Assembly: GCA_964035545.1 (NCBI GenBank) | Contig: OZ037769.1 | Span: 15,840,633 to 15,904,632, forward strand | From: Bugula neritina | Lineage: Eukaryota; Animalia; Bryozoa | Reading direction: 5' to 3' | DNA length: 64,000 nucleotides | In this document: piece by piece, positions 54,501-64,000 of the stretch | How positions within the stretch are numbered: position 1 is the stretch's first letter | Layout of the letters: the number at the start of each line of letters is the position of its first letter | Translations under genes and position numbers: made by a program | The notes under the pieces: model-generated | The model's input: the letters and a program-made list of their open reading frames with translations, nothing else | Database searches by the model: none | What the model was told of the DNA's origin: nothing

Positions 54501-56642
54501 ACATCTTCTTTTGTTCCACCGGGTAGTTTACACAAGTTTACACAAGGCTTTTGAAGTGGTTCACCTGATCCACAATTGACTATTCAGTAGCTTGTTTCAT
54601 TGTTAATTTTAAGCTTCTTGTTTGAAACACATTTGCTGATAACTGAGTACATTGGAGTTTAATGGTGCATCTCCCTGATTTCTCTTTTACACACATTTCA
54701 AATTAGTTGGCTTTCCTTTCCATGAATGAAATTGACTAGTGAAGCCTAAACTACCCATGCAAGAGATATGTGCAGTTGAAATTTTTTGTTGATAAATTCA
54801 ACTTAAGTCTTTGATAAACGGAGTGGGGCAATGTTTAATAGTAGTCTGGTAACAAGCTATTTGAAAATGTCTTGGGTTCAAAAAAATTTTGAAATCATAA
54901 ACAGCTGGTAGGTTGAAGGAGTTTCATTCCACTTATATGCTCCCCAGTTAGGTTGTATTTTTTGTTTTGGTACTAAGTATTATATACCTATATACCCTTA
55001 TATAACTTTCATATCAATTGCTAAACATAAAATAACCATTATTATGATATATTTGCAATAGTATTTAAATTTTTCCAAATTTGTGTTGAAAAAAGCATTA
55101 AATGCATTAATAATAACATTTTTTCAAAAAACAAAAAATATAGAAAATGCAAAATTAATAGGTTTATGCAGAGCAAAGAAATTTATTTGTATGCCAATTA
55201 TAAAAAGCAATTGACTCAAATTTATTTAAATGCACATATATTTCAATAGTATTCAAATAAATTGCACGTAAATGTATAAATAGCATCTAACTGGGAAGCA
55301 CCAATCGAAATGACCCAAATGTAGGGTTCAACTCTATCCTAGCTTCCTATAAAGGTTTGTGATCATCATTAGTGCACATGTGAACGAATAATGTTGTTAG
55401 GTGAACAACTGCCGGTTGTTCCATAATTCTTATGTAAATAAAATTTTGCTTGAACATATGTAGTTGTAGCATTGATCTCACTTTCAGCTCCTATCAATTA
55501 CTGTTTAGCTTCATTAAGACCTAGGGATGATAATTACGTAATACTTGTGAAAAGTAGCATCGACTTAACAACTAAGTGGTTTCAGAGCTACTACAAAATA
55601 TTTTTCAGCTTACACTAATCGGATTAATTTTCAATTTCATCAAAATAAGTGCAGGTCTAACAACCATTAGAGGTGTGGTGCAGGCTATACCGACAATAAA
55701 AGGCTCTTTGAACAACTTTAGTGCAAGCACTGCACTAATATTTCTCTCTGTGTATAGTCACTTACTGCTGTCTGAACAAGGCTGATTCACTGTGACTGGT
55801 GGTAACTTCTGACATTTCCTGTTCACTACATCTGCCAAGTATGATGCAGACTACAACAGGAAGCAAAATGGTTCTGCATAGTTTTGCTGTAGCTGTTATA
55901 TTAACACACTGTACTAAACTACTGAAAAGCAGGGGAAGCAATCCTGTTTCTTATGGCATGGAGGGCGAAAGATTTTCTCCGAGCAGCTTAAGTTGATAAA
56001 AGCTCCTCATTAGTGATAACAGCAAGTATTATTTCTTATTGATATTGTATAAGTATATAATGCTCTGGATAAGCATTGACTAAGTCTATAGACTTATTGG
56101 TGTATAATATATTATACACCAATATTGATAGCAGTTCCCTATCTGTGAAAAATAGCAAGTGGCTTTCAAATCCAAGTGCCAAACAATTGTAAGCATAAGG
56201 GAAGCTACAATCTCAACTGTAAGCGTAAGCAAAGTCAAAATGCCAATAATAATTCACCTCATAAAAAGTGAAGTTGGCTCATTTTGTTAAAAAATAGTTA
56301 GAAAATAGCCATATTTCAAGAAAATGGCAGAGTTTTGTCTAGTTTTACAAGACTGTACCTGCGTAGTTATCTCACCTTTGTGTTCAGATAGAGATAGCTG
56401 CCAACATACTGCCCTTGGGAGAAGACACTCTCTGACAGACCAATCACTCCTCTTCCATAGTCAGCCGCTGCTTTTCCAACCACATCGATAATGTAGAACT
56501 TTCCTTGTGATTGCTCTGCCACCTTTCCAACCACCACAGCCTCCCACTGCTCTGGTGTACACACTCTCTCACCTTGGTGGGCTGGAGAAGTGTTTACAGC
56601 AACCACCAAGGTGATCACCAATACGCTCAGGTATCTTGACAT
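51518..56642 (-). CDS. Ependymin-related protein (EPDR family), 198 aa, 4 exons
   Basis: Exons 56642-56376, 55850-55766, 52076-51924 and 51609-51518. Signal peptide, CTPEQWEA, KCQKLP..QPC, and C-terminal YGNMTKGITDPSIFNIPSYC, typical of ependymins. All introns are GT-AG with consistent phase. Confidence 0.92.
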
Positions 56643-56755
56643 AGTGACTGTGTATTGCTCTACTGCTTGCTAAACTATATATGCTCAGTTTTAACAGGTA
56701 AATGCATTCAATAGTTATATTCAATTCATTGTGAATGCAATCGGAGATGTTTTGA

Positions 56756-57350
56756 TCACGTGATTTGATTGATCACGAGGCTGTATTAGCAACAAAAGCG
56801 ACTTTGTATAGAGACGTCACGTGTCTACAGCTTATTTGATTTCTATGACTCATTAAATATGTTGAGCACGTGCTGAACTATAATTAGGCTTAGAAGAAAT
56901 AAACACCAAATTTTTACAATTTATGCAAATAACTTATACAAGTAGAATTAATAAACAATGGTTTGTTTATAAAATGCAGCTGCTTCAGATATATCTGCGT
57001 GTATTTATACATGTTGCGTCAACAGTCAATTATTATGGAGAAATAAAGTAATGAAAGTTAAGGACGTGCACACACTATATGTTACATAAAAAGCAAGGTT
57101 ATGTTGTTTACAGTTTTCTCTTGCGTTATTATATCACAGTTTGAACAGGTGAGCAGCATTGTAAGATACTCTGATAAGAAATATAGCCTTAGGTTTAGCT
57201 AAACAGTCCCCCATCTGGTTGTCACAAGACGTTAGTTTGCTATAACTTCAAGCACCTGCATTAGCAGTTCATTTACAACATTTTGTTCTTTCTCTACATT
57301 AAGAAAGTGACTCAATATATAAGTTTCTTTTGTTTCAATTGTCACGTGAC
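56756..57350. promoter_or_regulatory. E-box/CLEAR-like motif cluster upstream of the ependymin-related gene
   Basis: TCACGTGA 56756-56763, TCACGAG 56773-56779, GTCACGTG 56816-56823, CACGTG 56867-56872, and the perfect GTCACGTGAC at 57341-57350. A TATA-like ATATATAG lies on the minus strand near 56675-56682. Confidence 0.6.
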
Positions 57351-58524
57351 ACAATCTCATGACAATTTATTTCTTCTCATCTGAAGTTTAGTTGCATGGT
57401 ACCCACTGTTGGAATGATGAGTTAGAATCAATGAAATATCTTATTATTACATAATTTTATTGCGAATAAACTAGATTCATTCCTTGGCCTGCCAACAGTA
57501 TAACAGGTTTGAAACTGTTTTTTATCTCTGATGGAACTGAAGAGTAAATATTTAAACTCCATCTTGGATTCTAAAAGGTATTGTATATATAGGCTATTCT
57601 TATCATCTGTCACTGTTTGTACATAAAGTTAATTAAGGTTATTAATATGCAGAGTGTTATCATTATATACACATCATGGGAGGCCTACAATGTACACATC
57701 CCTGCTATATACTGTTTATAGATAACTATAAAAACATTACAAATAATGGGACGCAGTTATGAAACTTTTCAAACTTTGAACTTCACCATGTTAAGTTATG
57801 CATAGCCTACGAATATATAACTTGTTTAAATAGAATAATCTTATCAAGGTACGTCTGCGGAGTTAACACTCCTTATATGGAGTGTTTTTCCTCCATAAAC
57901 ACGACACATGATGTGAGACGATGCCTCAAGCCACTCCTATAGTGTGCGAAGTTAGTGAGTGGAATAAGTTTATTAAATTAGGAAGTTAAAAAGAAGAAGC
58001 ACTTTGTATGTGATACTAACGCTGCTTCATCTTGGATCATTCAACACACATTATATTATGCAGAAATAATTTCTATAAGTAATAAGGTAAGACATACCAT
58101 CGTTGTATCTTATTATATTTATTTGGTTGAATATTTACTACCATATTTCTATACACAAAACTATACACACTATCCCTAAAGACTCTATAATAAGTAACAT
58201 ATATAATGTAGTATATATGGTGTATTTTATGTTATGGTATAATGCATGTCTGTCATCCATTTTGAAAAAGACATCGCTGCCAAACATTGTAAGATTAAAA
58301 ACCTTTTGTCTTTATTGATGACGTCACAGAATTATTGTGAAATTACCAATGTTATTGTTATTTTATGTAGTGTAGAGATATGATGTCAGTTTGAAAGTAT
58401 TTCCTGGAGAAGGTGTACAGAGGAAGTACAAGATACAGACAACTGAGTTAACAAACTTTGAAGGTAAAAACTGCGTGCTTATTTTGTTATTACATTTTTA
58501 TCTGGTTGCAGTACAACATTATGC

Positions 58525-58984
<460 letters not shown>

Positions 58985-59921
58985 TTATATATATTGATAT
59001 ATATATTTTTATTGTTATTTATTATTATATAAACACTCATTTATTATTCCAATACTCAGGTACAACATAACATGGTGAATCATGGAGGAGTACATTGCTG
59101 AATTAGAGTTGCTTTTAATAAAACAATTGAGAAAAGCAGAAAAAACAAGAAACTGGGTTGACTTTGTCAAGGTACTACAATATATATTTTATGGTAGAAT
59201 ATATTAAAATACTATTTGAATTTGAGTAATATACCTAGTTGTTGAATTATAGCTAAAATAATATAACATATACAAATTACAGTAACGAATAAAATAATAT
59301 ATTACTCATTTGTAGACATAAACAATTAGTAAATTATTATAAAAAGTGATGATGCAGGACTTGCAGCAAATTAATTAGAACTCTGATCTACTTATAATAC
59401 TACAATAAAATAACTTTAATTATTTCTATAGAAAAGTTTATTTTGAGACAGTTGCTGCTAATTAAGCTTGAAACTAGATAACAGCTCTCTTAAAATGAAA
59501 GCCTCATTCAAAGACTGCAAATTTTCTCCTGCTGTGAAGATTTGGAAGAATTAAATCATATAAATTCACAAAGCTGGGTATTTACAAATATATATAGTAT
59601 AAGTTGGTCCCGAATCTTTCTTTACAAACTGAATATATTAATAATACAATTATTTAAGAAACTATAGGAATACAAATTTTTATTTTCTATTTTATAACTA
59701 TTATCTATAATAGGTATATACTGAACTTACTCGTTTCAAATAATTTTCAATTTTATTCTATTTACTGCCTTTGAGAGTTATCTGATTAATATCTAGTCAC
59801 TGGAGCCTCACAAAAACTTAGCTGCTGGAAAACAGCTGCACCTAGCTATATGGTTATACATAAAGCACCGTTGACAATTACAAAAATCATATAGTAGCTG
59901 TGCGTGTCGAAGACAGTGCTA

Positions 59922-60355
59922 GGGCCACACAACGCGATTTACACACGCGTGACATGCGAGAAAACCTGTTTAGCTCAAAAATGGGACGTTGTTTGCGAGT
60001 TTTCATGCAACTAACATGCTAAGCGAGAAGTAGGGAAGCTTGTGCGTGTTTGATCTAATTGGCTTATTATCATTTAGCGAGCACACTTTTTTATTTTAAT
60101 TTATGTTCTAGCTTTTATCGAACTAAATTAAAATAGTTTCATATAGTTTGCATTTCCACTTTTATAATATCTAAAGTCACTTTGTCGATGATGTAGTTTT
60201 AAAAACAAAAGTCTGTAGGCGAGCAGTAAAGTTTAACGCTAACATTATTATTGCTAATAAATTTCTGCAAACGAAGCACACTCATTGTGTGTAGCATATG
60301 TCTATAAACGGGTTTTATCGTACCTCACATGTGAGTAAATCGCGTCGTGTGGCCC
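59922..60355. mobile_element. MITE related to 49576-49909 (older copy, opposite orientation)
   Basis: Termini TA-GGGCCACAC..GTGTGGCCC-TA with imperfect ~50-bp TIRs. Internal CTAATTGGCT..AGCGAGC matches the reverse complement of the 49.7-kb element interior. Confidence 0.75.
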
Positions 60356-61658
60356 TAACTGCACTGTACTAAAAATAAACTATAAAGTCAGTTGCAAGTA
60401 TCTCGGAGATTATACGGCTAAATTGCAACTACACAGAGTGAAGACCAGTTTTAGGGTCTCGGCAACACGTTTACAGAAAAAGATGGTGACTGTGAGAGTA
60501 GTTGCATGGAGGTTGAAACTTGTAGTCTGGGACTGCAGGGTGTTTCCTGAGCAGGGATAATCATTTTGATCATAACAACTTTCTATAATAATTATAGCAT
60601 CCACTACAAATCAAAATTTTACAGTTTAAATATTATAATAAACAATTCATGCATATGTTAAACAAATCTACCCTGTATATATTAAGCAGTTAACATAACC
60701 CATGACAAGTAACTAAATGCAGAAAACAGCATATATAGTAGTGAGTATAGCATATGCTAAGAATAAAAAAAGTTAATAAATTTTAAACAATATTCAGATA
60801 ATGTTAACAACTCAATAAATCAGATGATAGTTATTGGAATGTAGCGTTCTAGACTTTAACTATCTGTCTCCAAAACCGTAGTTGGCTTCTCACTTGCAAT
60901 CATCTTGGAAACCCTGTCTTGGAGTGCGAGGAATATTGGGTAGTTGGAGGTTACCAGTTGTAGTCTCAGACTGCTAATTGGTGTTACCTCGTGATAACAA
61001 CTTTACCAACCAGTCTCCCATAGTTTGAACCTCTTCATCCCAAAATATAAATAATTGAACAAAGTTAGCATGTAAACAATATTGAGCATGCGTAATTACC
61101 AAAAAACAGATGAAGATAATGCATATATATTATACTGGAAATAGCTATAGGAACATAGAATTAGCAGTTGCCTTTTACATGAACTTAATACTACTAATAA
61201 TCCAAGAACCAACTTCATGTTAATGTACAGTTACTCTAAAAATGCTATAGTGTAAAAATTGATCCTGTCAGGGTTGTGTATACGTTTTAGTATCTCCAGA
61301 TTGAAAAAGAAAACAAGTAAACGTCAAGATATAAAATTGAGTGTTAAAAGTTGATATAGTATTAACAATATTTTATTTAATTGACTTGCATTTTTTCAGT
61401 ATACTGCCGGTATTGATTCACCTTTCATTGTAAATGTTAAACAAATTTCAGTGTAGAGGAGTCAAAAAAATACTTTTTCCTTGAAGAGCAATTTTTGTTC
61501 TTGTAAACATAAGCAGTTGTCTTTCCTTTGTTATGTAGAGTCATGGAATAGCAAACCATCTGCAAAGCATAGATTCACAAAACAGTCAGAGATGGTACCA
61601 AAAAGTCTATGAAATAGAAAAAAATGGTACAAAGGAAAACATCCACTCACTTTTACAG

Positions 61659-64000
61659 AGCATCAAGAATTGACAAGACAACACAAACAACAACTTAAAG
61701 AATACCGAGAGAATACAATCATTAACTTTGACAGTTTGAATAGTGATGTAGAGTTGTTGGACATAGACAATGTGTTTAGTGATGCTAATTTAGAAATATC
61801 TAATCGGTTGTCTAATGATGTGTTTGCAAGTAGTGAGGAGTGTTCCAAAGCATTTGCAGAGTTTTCTTGTTCTATATTTAAATCAAGTAGAGAGTTGCTT
61901 AAAGGGTATCAAGTGGAGCCACCCTGTGATTTTGCTGTAGTTGCTTTGGGCTCAGTAGCTCGTGGTGAGGCAACCCCATATTCTGACCTTGAATACGCAT
62001 TTCTCATTGAAAATGAGAATGAGAAAGATTATTTCACTCAGCTGGCTGTTGACACATATTTTAGAATAACTAACCTCAACGAGTCCCCATTGAAAACCTT
62101 CAACATTAAAGTTGAAAACTCTCCTGACTGTCTCAGTGAGATCTGTCCAGTAGGATATAGAATAGATGGTCTGACACCAAATGCTGGTAACATACCAACA
62201 GGAAATGGATTGGGTAGATCTCTCACCTTCACAGTTGAAGAAGCAGTGAAATTGTACAAAGAGGAAGTGATGTCACCATCTGGAGAACTAGCTAGTCTTT
62301 CGGATCTGCTCATGACATCGCAGCTGATATACTGTTCTGATGATGGAGCACAGTTACATGACAGATTTATGAAAGAAATAGCTACATATGAGAAAGTCAC
62401 AGCTCAGAATGATCCTAAAATCAAACAGAAGAGATTGGAGAGACTTTCTCTAGATTTAGAAAAATATGATTTCCTCCCAGAGTTTGAATTTACAACTTTT
62501 GTTGGTGAAGATGTGAAGGTAAAAGAAGACATTTTCCGTTACATCACTCTGTTGGCTACTAATCTGAACATTGCTCTTTGTTTTCAACTAAACTTTCCAT
62601 GGAAGGTTTATGAGGCACTTTATCAGTCCGAGATGATTTCTAAAGGAAACTTGAGATACCTTCACATTATCCTTGGACTCTCAATATACATGAGAACTAT
62701 GGCATATATCATGATGGGAACTCAAAAAGCTGAAATCTTACTGAGTACTCCAACTGCTGAAATGAAAAGTGGAAATGAAAGACACAAACATTACTATGTA
62801 CCTAGAAAAATATTTGTGACATATGGATCAATACTGATTCCAATAAAGCAATCCCTCATATCAAGTATGAACAAAGGAAATAGGCTACTGTCAGCATTCA
62901 AGGAAAAGAGTGTGAGTGAATACCTAAAATTAGTGATTCCCAGTGACTTGGTGACAGATAAACATGATTATATGACAATTTGTGAGGTACTGTGTTATGT
63001 TAAAGACAGAAACACAGCCTTAAAGTACATATCTGCTGATTCAGGTGTTGATATCAGAAGTGTAGGGTATGAGGAGTTTGTGAAATGTATAAGATCAAAA
63101 TACAGTACAAACAAGTCAGACTTTCTAGAGAAAAAGTATTTGGAAATGTGCTGTCATTTGCTGACTAACAGTACCCATTATAGTAGTGCTATCGACTACC
63201 TAAGTTGGTTAATCAGTTATGAAACAAATTGGTTTAGTATACTGCAACGTAAGAGGCTGATAGCTGACTGTATGAACAAACTGAGTAGATATAAATCTGC
63301 TAGAAATATTCTCAATCAGATAAAGTCTACACTAGAAGAAGAGCTCATGATAGACAAGAACACATCTCTCACTGAGTACATACTAAGAAAGGTAGACACT
63401 TCTACTAAATTGCCACAGTATATGCTACATTTCTTTCAATTCACATCTGATCTCTTCCACTCACTGGGTGACACTAATATTCACTTATCAAATCTAGCTG
63501 AAGCTAAGTCTTACCTGATGCAGTCTCTTTCTATTAGCAGAGCATTGTGTGAAAAGAATGTTTTAGATTATAGTGCAAGAAAAAACAAGATAATGGAATC
63601 AATTATTAGGAGCAGCTTAGGAACTGTGTATTCACAGGAGGGTGCATATAGCACAGCATTAGAATATTACACAAAGTCAATAGAGATGATGAAAGCTGTT
63701 TATGGTGAACATACAAACCACTCTAATATAGCTAGCAGCTATGGCAATATTGGTGATGTACACAGACAACTAGGTAACTATGACACAGCACTAGAATATT
63801 GCACCAAGTCAATAGAGATGAAAAAAGCTGTTTATGGTGAACATACAAACCACTCTAGTATAGCTATCAGCTATGGCAATATTGGTGATGTACACAGACA
63901 ACTAGGTAACTATGACACAGCACTAGAATATTGCACCAAGTCAATAGAGATGAAAAAAGCTGTTTATGGTGAACATACAAACCACTCTAGTATAGCTATA
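61659..64000 (+). CDS. DUF294-like (GlnD/GlnE-type, Pol-beta superfamily) nucleotidyltransferase fused to TPR repeats; large exon, 3'-truncated by window
   Basis: Frame is stop-free from 61613 to the window end (~795 codons) and is missing from the ORF track because it has no stop. It contains PPCDFAVVALGSVARGEATPYSDLEYAFLIE (GS at 61949, SDLE at 61982), GYRIDG, a helical VKEDIFRY..MRTMAY..GTQKAEI segment, and then TPRs (AVYGEHTNHSNIASSYGNIGDVHRQLGNYDTALEYCTKSIEMKK). Candidate acceptor is CACTTTTACAG|61659. Upstream exons are unresolved. Confidence 0.85.
63650..64000 (+). repeat. Coding tandem repeat, 132-nt unit (44-aa TPR), about 2.7 copies visible
   Basis: GCTGTTTATGGTGAACATACAAACCACTCTA recurs at 132-nt spacing with near-identical DNA between units. 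Confidence 0.92.

Noticed and set aside
54920-55316. Possible MITE with TGCT(C/T)CCCAGTTAG inverted ends
   Set aside because: The inverted match is short and degenerate with no identifiable TSD.
56095-56124. Perfect 30-bp palindrome TATTGGTGTATAATATATTATACACCAATA in the EPDR intron
   Set aside because: Single AT-rich occurrence with no supporting context, most likely a collapsed transposon end or repair scar.
60410-61010. Two weakly similar minus-strand segments (GNTLQSQTTSFNL-like)
   Set aside because: Stops interrupt the second copy and no coherent exon chain or domain was found. At most this is a decayed duplication.
62038-62400. Minus-strand ORFs 62038-62400 and 61663-61848
   Set aside because: Antisense shadows of the long plus-strand NTase-TPR exon.

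Overview
Eukaryotic, intron-rich animal genomic DNA. An invertebrate is likely, but the species cannot be fixed from sequence alone. I assembled six protein-coding genes by hand from splice sites and reading-frame phase. (1) The 3' 30 exons (~1,970 aa) of a polycystin-1-like gene with REJ end, GPS, PLAT, TM and channel regions (+, 144..31262). Many of its introns carry their own exon-abutting tandem repeat, several of which amplify the splice site itself, and one 6.9-kb intron is almost pure 14-bp satellite. (2) HSBP1 (-, 32180..33269) with a U12-type AT-AC intron. (3) A small Shisa-like single-pass membrane protein (-, 36185..37972), followed by a ~3.2-kb tandem segmental duplication that carries two extra intact copies of its signal-peptide first exon only. 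(4) An SLC16/MCT-type MFS transporter (+, 46064..50603). (5) An ependymin-related protein (-, 51518..56642) with a cluster of CLEAR-like E-boxes upstream. (6) A large exon absent from the ORF track (+, ~61659..>64000) encoding a bacterial-type DUF294/GlnD-GlnE-like nucleotidyltransferase fused to near-identical 44-aa TPR repeats, which is the best candidate for an undescribed system. MITEs, tRNA-derived SINEs and (TA)n microsatellites are also present. Most ORF-track entries are repeat artefacts or exon fragments.
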